Shown here: piece after piece, positions 8,410 to 16,630 of the stretch
Layout: each line of letters starts with the position of its first letter
Position numbering within the stretch: position 1 is the stretch's first letter
DNA from: an uncultured Flavobacteriales bacterium
Lineage (GTDB): Bacteria; Bacteroidota; Bacteroidia; Flavobacteriales; UBA7430
DNA: 35,024 nt
NCBI GenBank assembly: GCA_963933205.1
Contig: CAWVTK010000003.1
Coordinates: 1-35,024, forward strand
Direction: 5' to 3'
Notes under the pieces: model-generated
Told to the model about the DNA's origin: nothing
The model's input: only the letters and a program-made list of their open reading frames with translations
Databases searched by the model: none
Program-made: the position numbers and the translations under genes

Positions 8410-10245
8410 ATGAAGAAAGTATTTAATTTTAAACACTTAAAAGGAGATTTATACGGAGGAATAACGGCGGGTATTGTAGCTCTTCCCTTAGCACTTGCAT
8501 TTGGGGTTAGCTCCGGACTCGGACCAAGTGCCGGTTTGTATGGTGCAATTTTTGTAAGTTTTTTTGCGGCACTTTTTGGAGGCACCAATACTCAAATATC
8601 TGGGCCAACCGCACCAATGACGGCCGTAAGTATGGTTGTAGTTGCCGGAATAGTTGCCACATTTAATGGAGACATCGCTAATGCATTACCTGTAATACTA
8701 GGTGTTTTCTTATTGGCCGGAATAATGCAAATCGGACTGGGTTTACTTGGTTTAGGTAAATACATCAAATACATACCGTATCCTGTAGTGTCTGGATTCA
8801 TGACAGCCATAGGTGTCATCATTTTAGTTACTCAAATACTCCCCTCATTAGGTTATTACCCAAAAGAAGATGTCGTATTTGTAGATCAGTTTAAACCATA
8901 TGCAGAAGAAATAATATTAGACAATATATTAAAGGATGAAGCCGGTGAAGGTTTTTTGGTGCTCGAAAATTTTGAAGAAACCATTACACGTGCAAATTAC
9001 ATTACTCAGGAACAAATATTGAAAGAATCTCAAGTACTAGCTGGCAAAGAAGCTTCTGGTGTATTCGGTGCGCTAAAAGTTTTACCTCGAGCTCTTCAAA
9101 AAATTAACTGGATGGAATTTATTTTAGCACTCGCAACCATCATAATTATCTACGGGTTTAAGCGAATTACAACAAAAGTGCCAAGCACTTTGGTCGCTTT
9201 AGTTGTTATGACTGTTGTTGCTATTGTTTTTGGATTAGATTATCGATCAATTGAAGAAATACCCAGTGGCTTACCTGTTCCTAATTTTAGGATTTTTACT
9301 GATTTTAGTTTGAGTGGCATATCCCCGTATATTTTTAGTGCGCTTACCTTAGCTCTTTTAGGAGCTATAGATACCCTGCTTACCTCTGTTGTTGCTGATA
9401 ACATGACTAAAACCAAACATGCACCTAATAAGGAACTAATTGGTCAAGGAATTGGAAACAGTATTGCATCACTTTTTGGTGGGATTCCAGGAGCTGGAGC
9501 AACCATACGTACCGTTGTGAATATTAAAGCTGGAGGAAAAACGAGGTTGTCTGGAATGATGGCTGGTTTAATGCTCCTAATCGTACTTCTTGCACTAGGA
9601 CCTATTGCTTCTCAAATTCCAGCTGCTGTTTTAGCTGGTATACTAATTACTGTAGGTATTGGTGTGATGGATTACAAAGGCCTCAAGGCAATTCCTTTTA
9701 TGCCTAAGCCTGAAGTTATCATAATGCTAGTTGTTTTAGTACTAGCCTCTGTTTGGAATTTAGTTTACGCTGTAGGCATTGGATTAATTCTAGCCTCCTT
9801 AATGTTTATGAAAATAATTGGAGATATGACCTCAGAAAGATCCAAAGTAAGCGCCCTAAATCAAGACAAAGAACTGCCTGATAATCTTACATTATCCGAA
9901 ACGATCACGGAGCGTATTGCCCTTAAAGAAATTAAAGGACCCTTATTCTTTGGTTCTACGAGCGAATTTCAGCAATTGGCACAACAAATCCCAGATGCCT
10001 CATCCATAATTATCTTTAAAATGGGCTTAATGCCTTACATGGATCAGTCTGGTTTGTACGCTATGGAAGACCTATTAATAGACTTAGTAAAACAAGGCAA
10101 AAAGGTGATGCTTGTTCAGCTGCTCAAACAACCAAAACATATGCTAGAGTGCATTGATATTATTCCAGCATTAATTCCAACTGATCAATTATTTGAATCG
10201 ATAGAAGAATGTCTGTCATGTTTAAAAGAAACAGATCAACAATGA
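8410..10245 (+). CDS. SulP/SLC26 family anion transporter (BicA-like) with STAS domain
   Basis: GDLYGGITAGIVALPLALAFG, ISGPTAPM, NKELIGQGIGN, GATIRT; C-terminal STAS GPLFFG...MDQSG; start taken at MKKVFNF. Confidence 0.92.
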   Translation: MKKVFNFKHLKGDLYGGITAGIVALPLALAFGVSSGLGPSAGLYGAIFVSFFAALFGGTNTQISGPTAPMTAVSMVVVAGIVATFNGDIANALPVILGVFLLAGIMQIGLGLLGLGKYIKYIPYPVVSGFMTAIGVIILVTQILPSLGYYPKEDVVFVDQFKPYAEEIILDNILKDEAGEGFLVLENFEETITRANYITQEQILKESQVLAGKEASGVFGALKVLPRALQKINWMEFILALATIIIIYGFKRITTKVPSTLVALVVMTVVAIVFGLDYRSIEEIPSGLPVPNFRIFTDFSLSGISPYIFSALTLALLGAIDTLLTSVVADNMTKTKHAPNKELIGQGIGNSIASLFGGIPGAGATIRTVVNIKAGGKTRLSGMMAGLMLLIVLLALGPIASQIPAAVLAGILITVGIGVMDYKGLKAIPFMPKPEVIIMLVVLVLASVWNLVYAVGIGLILASLMFMKIIGDMTSERSKVSALNQDKELPDNLTLSETITERIALKEIKGPLFFGSTSEFQQLAQQIPDASSIIIFKMGLMPYMDQSGLYAMEDLLIDLVKQGKKVMLVQLLKQPKHMLECIDIIPALIPTDQLFESIEECLSCLKETDQQ

Positions 10246-10369
10246 TCTTCAGATTGAATTTTAGATGCTAATTGTTAAAATGCGTGAGCAGTATGTAACT
10301 GGCTTATTTTAATATCTTAAATTAGCTAAATTATACTACCTAGGTGTTGCTTACTAAATAGAGGTAGGG

Positions 10370-10436
10370 TTAACCTAAACTTAACATTAGGTTTATTTTA
10401 GTTTAACTGCAATGATCGGTTTTAGTCCTTTATTTG
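10370..10436 (+). promoter_or_regulatory. Second Pho-box-like array (11-bp period) plus degenerate -7 element
   Basis: TTAACC 10370, TTAACA 10381, TTTATT 10392, TTAACT 10403; TTTATTTG 10429-10436; same geometry as 6871-6937. Confidence 0.75.
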
Positions 10437-10463
10437 CAGAGTAAAATTTAAAAAACCCACATT

Positions 10464-10556
10464 ATGAACACCTCTACAATTACAAGAATTGAAATCAGTA
10501 AGTTTTTATACGCAACTATTTTAGTAGTCGTTTATGCAATTGCAGTATTTGCCTAA
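10464..10556 (+). CDS. Unannotated 30-aa single-pass membrane micropeptide MNTSTITRIEISKFLYATILVVVYAIAVFA
   Basis: ATG after an A-rich leader, 27 nt past the -7 element; 17 consecutive uncharged, mostly hydrophobic residues at the C-terminus; stop 34 nt before the transporter ATG. Confidence 0.6.
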   Translation: MNTSTITRIEISKFLYATILVVVYAIAVFA

Positions 10557-10590
10557 TCCTAGTTTATAGTAAATTACTACTAGTTGTTTT

Positions 10591-11733
10591 ATGAAAAAGC
10601 TCATTAGAAGATTTAGCTTTCCTGTTTCTCTATGGATTCAGAAAGATGAGAAATCATTTTTAACCTTCGTTATCGCTGCTTTTATGCTTGCGATGTTTGC
10701 AACACCTTACCCCCAAATTGCAATGTGGGTAGGCTTTTTATTTGCAGCTTATGCCGCAGTTGCAAACGACTCTATACAAACACTCGGTACATTTATTGCC
10801 TCCAATCAAGATAAGAAGTGGTGGGTACTTTGGTTGTTTATCGGAGGTATTTTTCTTTTTACAGTTGGCTACAGCTGGTTTAATTACGGAGGAGATGTTT
10901 CTCACGGTCGGTTAATGGCAAAAGGCTTTGAAATAGCTCCAACCGAATTTCACTTCTTACAAATTGCGGCACCTATTTTCCTTTTGATACTAACGCGTTT
11001 AAGAATGCCAGTATCAACTACATTTATTTTACTTACCTCTTTTGCCACTGCTCCTGCTGCAATTGGTAAAGTATTAGCCAAAAGTATGAGTGGCTACATA
11101 CTCGCGTTTTTCTTAGGTGTTGTTGTTTTCTTATTAATATCTAAACTCGCAAAAAAATACTTTGTAGGCGAAGCCAAATTTGGCTGGTCTATCGCACAGT
11201 GGATTACCTCGGGTACTCTCTGGTCTGTTTGGCTAATGCAAGATGCAGCCAATATTGCAGTATACCTTCCAAGAGACATGTCGTTTAGTGTATTCATGGG
11301 TTTTGCAATGGTTGTTTTTATAGGTTTAGGCTTGCTCTTTTATTATAAAGGAGGTAGAATACAAAAAATTGTAACAGAAAAATCAGTCATAACAGACGTT
11401 CGTTTTGCAACAATTGTCGATTTTATTTACTGTATTATCTTATTTTATTTCAAACTATACAGCTCTGTTCCTATGAGTACAACATGGGTTTTTATTGGTT
11501 TGTTAGGAGGTAGAGAAGTTGCTATGGCAATTAGAAAAACGGGAGAGCATAGCTTACTTCATTCCATAAAACTATTACTTAAAGATTTCTCATTCGCCAT
11601 GATTGGCTTATTTATATCCATTGCCATAGCAATTGGTGTAAACGATCAACTCTCACTTGCTTCTATGATGGAAACCATACCGGCAGAGTTTGCCTCCGGA
11701 ATAACAAAATTCTTTAGCAAACTAGGACTTTAA
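10591..11733 (+). CDS. Divergent PiT/PHO4-like inorganic phosphate transporter (putative)
   Basis: Polytopic membrane protein with repeated motifs VANDSIQTLGT / MPVSTT and QDAANIA / VPMSTT, resembling the PiT GANDxAN and PVSTTH signatures. Confidence 0.6.
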   Translation: MKKLIRRFSFPVSLWIQKDEKSFLTFVIAAFMLAMFATPYPQIAMWVGFLFAAYAAVANDSIQTLGTFIASNQDKKWWVLWLFIGGIFLFTVGYSWFNYGGDVSHGRLMAKGFEIAPTEFHFLQIAAPIFLLILTRLRMPVSTTFILLTSFATAPAAIGKVLAKSMSGYILAFFLGVVVFLLISKLAKKYFVGEAKFGWSIAQWITSGTLWSVWLMQDAANIAVYLPRDMSFSVFMGFAMVVFIGLGLLFYYKGGRIQKIVTEKSVITDVRFATIVDFIYCIILFYFKLYSSVPMSTTWVFIGLLGGREVAMAIRKTGEHSLLHSIKLLLKDFSFAMIGLFISIAIAIGVNDQLSLASMMETIPAEFASGITKFFSKLGL

Positions 11734-11738
11734 TACTT

Positions 11739-11771
11739 AAAACTCCCTCGAGAAATCGAGGGAGTTTTTTT
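11739..11771 (+). terminator. Intrinsic terminator
   Basis: AAAACTCCCTCGA-GAAA-TCGAGGGAGTTTT followed by Ts. Confidence 0.9.
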
Positions 11772-11822
11772 GGCTCTTAAACTCTGATATTTGTACTATA
11801 TTTACAGAAACTCATTTCAATC

Positions 11823-12518
11823 ATGCAAACGAACAATCGTATTTTACTTGTCGATGATGAGAAAGATATCCTAGAGTTCTTAAGTTACAATCTTAAGAAA
11901 GAAGGCTTTGAAGTAGCTACCTGTTCCGACGGCCAAGCTGCTTTAGATATGATCCTAGAGTTTAAGCCCAATCTTATTGTGTTAGATGTAATGATGCCCG
12001 GAATGGACGGAATAGAGACCTGTGAAAACATAAGAGCAAATCCTGAAAACGATTCCATAATCATTACTTTTTTAACTGCCAGAGCAGAAGACTATTCTCA
12101 AGTAGCAGGTTTAAATGCAGGAGCAGACGACTATATTTACAAGCCAATTAAACCCAAAGTTTTAGTGAGTAGAGTTAAAGCACTTTTAAGAAGAAAAGTA
12201 GCTATAACAACTTCTGATGAGCCATCCCAAACAATTCAAATTGCAAACCTGAATATTAACAGAGAACGTTATTTAGTAACGCTTGATGAGCTCCCCTTAA
12301 CCTTACCTCGTAAAGAATTTGAAATTTTATATTTACTGGCATCTAAACCAGGTAAAGTGTTCAAGAGAGATGAGATCTTTGAAAAAATATGGGGAAACGA
12401 CGTAGTGGTTGGTGGACGTACCATTGATGTTCATGTAAGGAAACTCAGAGAAAAGCTTGGAAGAAATTACATAGAAACTGTAAAAGGGGTTGGCTATAAA
12501 TTTAAATTAGATGAATAG
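11823..12518 (+). CDS. OmpR/PhoB family response regulator (PhoP-like)
   Basis: Receiver LVDDE, LDVMMP, FLTA, KP; wHTH RTIDVHVRKLREKL...TVKGVGYKF. Confidence 0.93.
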   Translation: MQTNNRILLVDDEKDILEFLSYNLKKEGFEVATCSDGQAALDMILEFKPNLIVLDVMMPGMDGIETCENIRANPENDSIIITFLTARAEDYSQVAGLNAGADDYIYKPIKPKVLVSRVKALLRRKVAITTSDEPSQTIQIANLNINRERYLVTLDELPLTLPRKEFEILYLLASKPGKVFKRDEIFEKIWGNDVVVGGRTIDVHVRKLREKLGRNYIETVKGVGYKFKLDE

Positions 12519-13566
12519 GCTTCCAAAGCTATATTTCAAGCTGAAAAAAAAAATAGATCAATCATGGTTGGTCTCTTTAGTTTCTTCAATTGTTTTAATC
12601 ATCGTAATGTGTGCGCACATTTTTATTTTTGATTTCGACTTAAGTTTCTCTAATGCGGTAATTCTCGTAAGCTCTGTTGGTCTTTCAAGCTTTATTTTGG
12701 TGAGGTGGTTGATTGATCAGTTTATATACAATAAAATTAAACTGATTTATAAAAACATTCAAGATTTCAAATCTAGACCAGGAGATTTAAAAGACGTTGA
12801 TTTACAACAAGCATCAAAAGATGTAGCAAGTTGGAACATAAAACGCGAAAAAGAAATTCAAAAATTGATGATACGTGAAAGCTACAGAAGACAATTTGTT
12901 GGAAATGTAGCACACGAACTAAAAACACCTATTTTTAATATTCAAGGTTATATCGACACACTGCTCGATGGTGCTATAGATGACGAAGAAATAAACCGAA
13001 AATTTTTAGAGCGCGCTAACAAGAGTGTAGCTCGAATGATCTATATTATTGAAGACTTAGACCAAATCACCAAACTAGAGGCCGGAACACTTGAAATAGA
13101 AGAGTCGCCCGTAGATATTATCGAGGTGATTACCGATGTAGTTGACCAATTGGATATGAAAGCTAAAAAAAGAAATGTTAATGTTATTGTAAAACAGCAG
13201 CAGCAAAAAGGCCGTTTTTTAGTTCGCGTAGATGTAGAAAAAATAAAACAAGTATTAATCAATCTTATCGTAAATGCAATTAAGTACGGTAAAGAAGGTG
13301 GCGAAGTACTTGTAAGAACCTACGAAATGGGTGAACAAGTATTAGTAGAAGTTGCAGATGATGGAAATGGAATTGCCTCCGACCACCTAACCAAAGTTTT
13401 TGAGCGGTTTTATCGTGTAGATAAATCTCGCGACCGAGGACAAGGCGGCTCTGGTTTGGGTTTATCAATAGTAAAACACATTATAGAAGCACACGGTCAA
13501 ACCATAAACATTAGAAGTACAGAAGGTGAGGGTTGCACACTTTCCTTTACCTTGAAAAAAGCGTAA
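12511..13566 (+). CDS. Membrane sensor histidine kinase (PhoR-like)
   Basis: Two TM helices; H box NVAHELKTP; NAIKY; DDGNG; FERFYRVD; GGSGLGL; 8-nt overlap with the regulator. Confidence 0.93.
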   Translation: MNRLPKLYFKLKKKIDQSWLVSLVSSIVLIIVMCAHIFIFDFDLSFSNAVILVSSVGLSSFILVRWLIDQFIYNKIKLIYKNIQDFKSRPGDLKDVDLQQASKDVASWNIKREKEIQKLMIRESYRRQFVGNVAHELKTPIFNIQGYIDTLLDGAIDDEEINRKFLERANKSVARMIYIIEDLDQITKLEAGTLEIEESPVDIIEVITDVVDQLDMKAKKRNVNVIVKQQQQKGRFLVRVDVEKIKQVLINLIVNAIKYGKEGGEVLVRTYEMGEQVLVEVADDGNGIASDHLTKVFERFYRVDKSRDRGQGGSGLGLSIVKHIIEAHGQTINIRSTEGEGCTLSFTLKKA

Positions 13567-13591
13567 ATAATCTAAATATAAAAGGGAACAT

Positions 13592-14107
13592 CTACTGCTT
13601 CTCAATAACTACCTTCAATAGGTCGTAATTAGTTTGAGCTTGTTTCTGTAAAGCCCCTTTTAAAAGGTAAAACATAGAACGATAAAAGACATTTGAGCCT
13701 TTTATAGTCGTAAAAATCTTTAGGACAGTTTTCTGTTCGCCCCCTTCAAAATAAACTTCTATGGTCCCATCAAACACATCTGTTAGCATGTCAAAAATAT
13801 ACTTCTCATTTTCCTGAGCCTCTTTAAGTACCTCAATTATCTCTCCACGCTCTTCTGCTTGCTCAAATTTCACTAAAAATCGCGCTCCTGGCACCCTTCT
13901 TTTTCCGCTCAATACTTCCTTCCCTAAATAGCCTTCCAGCCACTCTGCCTTTAAAGAATCATTAACGAAGGTGGCGTAAGACTTTTCAACTGAAGCATCC
14001 ACCTCAATTTGATTTTCGAACTGAAAACTAGAATGAAAAAAACCCAAACTGATGAATGCTAGTGTAATTCCAAGCAAACCTATAAGGGTGAATTTTACGA
14101 AGCGCAT
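13592..14107 (-). CDS. Membrane-anchored SRPBCC/START-like protein (171 aa)
   Basis: Start at MRFVKFTLIG (hydrophobic anchor), then FENQIEVDASVEKSYATF...W pattern typical of SRPBCC; the longer ORF-track N-terminus is antisense to trmB. Confidence 0.55.
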   Translation of the reverse strand: MRFVKFTLIGLLGITLAFISLGFFHSSFQFENQIEVDASVEKSYATFVNDSLKAEWLEGYLGKEVLSGKRRVPGARFLVKFEQAEERGEIIEVLKEAQENEKYIFDMLTDVFDGTIEVYFEGGEQKTVLKIFTTIKGSNVFYRSMFYLLKGALQKQAQTNYDLLKVVIEKQ

Positions 14108-14186
14108 ATTTTTATATTTGTTTCTCCAAATATAGAAAAAGGAATCCTTATTGAATTTGTATTTTTGCAAAGCAAAAAATAAAAAA

Positions 14187-14876
14187 GTGGGAAAGAATAA
14201 GCATAGAAAGTTCGCTGAAAACGAAACCTTTGAAAACATGGTGCAAGCACCTAGAACCGATTTATTGGAAAATGGATTGAGTTTAAAAGGAAAATGGCAC
14301 TCTGATTTTTTTAAAAATGACCATCCAATTGTTATTGAATTGGGTTGTGGTAAAGGAGAGTACACCGTAGGAATGGGAGCTAAGTTTCCTGATAAAAACT
14401 TTATTGGCATAGACATTAAAGGAGCTAGAATGTGGCGAGGCGCTCGTACAGCAACCGATAATAAAATGAACAATATTGGGTTTTTAAGAACCCATATTGA
14501 GCTTATTCACAATTGTTTTGCCAAAGGAGAGGTAAGCGAAATTTGGATTACTTTTCCAGACCCTCAAATAAAATACAGACGACGTAAAAAGCGATTAACA
14601 GCTCCTGATATGTTAGAAATGTACAGACAAATCCTTACCGAAGACGCCATCATTCACCTTAAAACAGATTCTCAGTTCTTACATGGATATACTTTAGGTA
14701 TTGTAGAAGGTTATGGGCATAAAGTACTAGATTCTAGCTATGATATTGATAAGCAAAAAGCAGACAACCTACTACTGAAAATAAGAACAAACTACGAATC
14801 CATTTTTCGAGACAAAGGAACAACCATAACCTATATAAAATTTCAGCTAAACCAAAATGACCAAAAAAACAGATGA
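14187..14876 (+). CDS. trmB: tRNA (guanine-N7)-methyltransferase
   Basis: ELGCGKG, FIGIDIK, ITFPDP, HLKTD, TNYE; GTG start inferred downstream of -7 element TATTTTTG 14160-14167. Confidence 0.95.
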   Translation: MGKNKHRKFAENETFENMVQAPRTDLLENGLSLKGKWHSDFFKNDHPIVIELGCGKGEYTVGMGAKFPDKNFIGIDIKGARMWRGARTATDNKMNNIGFLRTHIELIHNCFAKGEVSEIWITFPDPQIKYRRRKKRLTAPDMLEMYRQILTEDAIIHLKTDSQFLHGYTLGIVEGYGHKVLDSSYDIDKQKADNLLLKIRTNYESIFRDKGTTITYIKFQLNQNDQKNR

Positions 14877-15189
14877 GGAATCATTTTTTGAGCGCTGTTA
14901 TCAGGTAGCTCGATTAATTCCTTCGGGAAAAGTTACAACTTACGGAGCAATAGCTAAATACTTGGGAGCCGCTCGATCCGCAAGAATGGTTGGTTGGGCT
15001 ATGAATAATAGTCATGGAACTGATGTACCTGCACATCGAGTTGTAAATAGAATAGGCCTGCTTACAGGAAAACATCATTTTGACGGAATAAACCTCATGA
15101 AGCAATTGTTGGAAAGTGAAGGCCATAAATTTGATGGAGATCAGATGCTAAATTTTAAGGATGCATTTTGGACTCCAACAGACGCTTAA
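14857..15189 (+). CDS. Alkyltransferase-like (ATL/MGMT family) protein
   Basis: IPSGKVTTYGAIA, ARMVG, VPAHRVVN (Ala at the catalytic Cys position), LLESEG. Confidence 0.88.
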   Translation: MTKKTDEESFFERCYQVARLIPSGKVTTYGAIAKYLGAARSARMVGWAMNNSHGTDVPAHRVVNRIGLLTGKHHFDGINLMKQLLESEGHKFDGDQMLNFKDAFWTPTDA

Positions 15190-15203
15190 GACCTTGATTT
15201 TTG

Positions 15204-15211
15204 TAACTTTG
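15204..15211 (+). promoter_or_regulatory. -7 element (TAACTTTG) for mrp-nfu-korAB
   Basis: Matches TAnnTTTG, 17 nt before ATG 15229. Confidence 0.6.
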
Positions 15212-15228
15212 CATAGTAAAATTAAACC

Positions 15229-16356
15229 ATGAATATACAGAAGAAGCAAATAGAAGAAGCCCTGAATACTGTAAAGGTAAAAGGAGAGGCTAGCTCGTTG
15301 GTAGCTAGTGGTTTAGTAAATAACATTGTAGTTTTTGGCGATGAGGTTAATGTTGACATTACAATTCACAATCCAACTCTTCATGCAAAAAAACAAGTAG
15401 AAGTAGATATTTTAAAAGCCATTCACAGCCAAGTGTATGCAAAAGCTAAGATTGTAGTTAAAATTACAGTAGAAGCTAAACAAGAAGAAAATCCGAACCT
15501 AATTAGAGGCGAAAAACTTGAGGGAGTTAAAAACATTATAGCTATAGCCTCTGGTAAAGGTGGTGTAGGTAAATCCACAGTAACTGCAAATCTCGCAGTT
15601 TCTCTACAAAAACAAGGCTACAAAGTAGGTATTGTAGATGCTGATATATATGGACCCTCTCAGCACCTTATGTTTGATGTCGAGAAATCTAGACCAGAAG
15701 CAAGTAATGTAGATGGTAAGCCTGTAATGATACCTGTAGAAAGCTATGGGGTAAAATTACTTTCAATTGGATTTTTTGCACCCGGATCTCAAGCAGTTGT
15801 TTGGCGAGGCCCTATGGCTACAAAAGCATTAAACCAATTAATAAAAGACGCCTACTGGGGAGACTTAGATTATTTATTAATCGATTTACCACCAGGAACT
15901 GGCGACATTCACCTCTCACTAGTACAAGCTGTACCGGTAACTGGTGCAGTTATCGTAAGTACTCCACAAAACATTGCTCTTGCAGATGCTAAAAAAGGAG
16001 TAGGCATGTTTCAATTAGATACCATTCAAGTACCTGTTTTAGGTTTAGTAGAAAATATGGCTTACTTTACGCCCGACGAGCTTCCAGAAAACAAATACTA
16101 TATCTTTGGAAAAGATGGAACCAAAAATTTAGCCGACGACTTAAACCTGCCCCTTTTAGCTGAAATTCCTTTAGTACAAAGTATACGAGAAGCTGCAGAT
16201 GTAGGCCATCCTATCGCACTACAAGATGACAATCCATCTGCTTTAGCCTTTAACGAATTAGCTAAAAACGTTGTAGAACAAGTTCAACTCCGGAATAAAA
16301 ACATAAGCCCTACAGCTGTAGTAGAAATTACCAATATGGACGGTTGTTCATCATAA
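15229..16356 (+). CDS. mrp: Mrp/NBP35 (ApbC) family ATPase
   Basis: ASGKGGVGKST, DADIYGPS, WRGPM, DLPPGTGD, VENM. Confidence 0.93.
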   Translation: MNIQKKQIEEALNTVKVKGEASSLVASGLVNNIVVFGDEVNVDITIHNPTLHAKKQVEVDILKAIHSQVYAKAKIVVKITVEAKQEENPNLIRGEKLEGVKNIIAIASGKGGVGKSTVTANLAVSLQKQGYKVGIVDADIYGPSQHLMFDVEKSRPEASNVDGKPVMIPVESYGVKLLSIGFFAPGSQAVVWRGPMATKALNQLIKDAYWGDLDYLLIDLPPGTGDIHLSLVQAVPVTGAVIVSTPQNIALADAKKGVGMFQLDTIQVPVLGLVENMAYFTPDELPENKYYIFGKDGTKNLADDLNLPLLAEIPLVQSIREAADVGHPIALQDDNPSALAFNELAKNVVEQVQLRNKNISPTAVVEITNMDGCSS

Positions 16357-16366
16357 ACATATAAAT

Positions 16367-16618
16367 ATGTCAGAACAGATAGCCTTAACACTCATTGAGA
16401 AAATTGAAATAGCCTTAGCCGAGATTCGCCCGTATTTAGAGTCAGATGGAGGCGACATTTCATTGGTAGAGGTTACGCCAGATATGGTAGTTAGAGTTAA
16501 ACTTCACGGTTCTTGTCAAAGTTGCAATGTAAATCAAATGACTTTGAAAACCGGAGTAGAACAATCCATTAAAAAATACGCTCCCGAAATTAAGTCGGTA
16601 GAAAATATAGACGATTAA
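16367..16618 (+). CDS. NifU C-terminal (Nfu-type) Fe-S carrier
   Basis: IRPYLESDGGDI, GSCQSC (CxxC), TLKTGVE. Confidence 0.92.
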   Translation: MSEQIALTLIEKIEIALAEIRPYLESDGGDISLVEVTPDMVVRVKLHGSCQSCNVNQMTLKTGVEQSIKKYAPEIKSVENIDD

Positions 16619-16630
16619 AAGCAAAGCCCC

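Noticed and set aside
10336-10367. CTACCT...AGGTAG stem as a possible riboswitch or sRNA
   Set aside because: Only 6 bp, upstream of the predicted promoter, and no recognisable aptamer motif
13195-13206. CAG CAG CAG CAA (QQQQ) in the kinase
   Set aside because: Too short and in-frame; not a credible contingency locus
14108-14473. Long N-terminal extension of the minus-strand ORF 13592..14473
   Set aside because: Antisense to conserved trmB; the signal-anchor start at 14107 is more plausible
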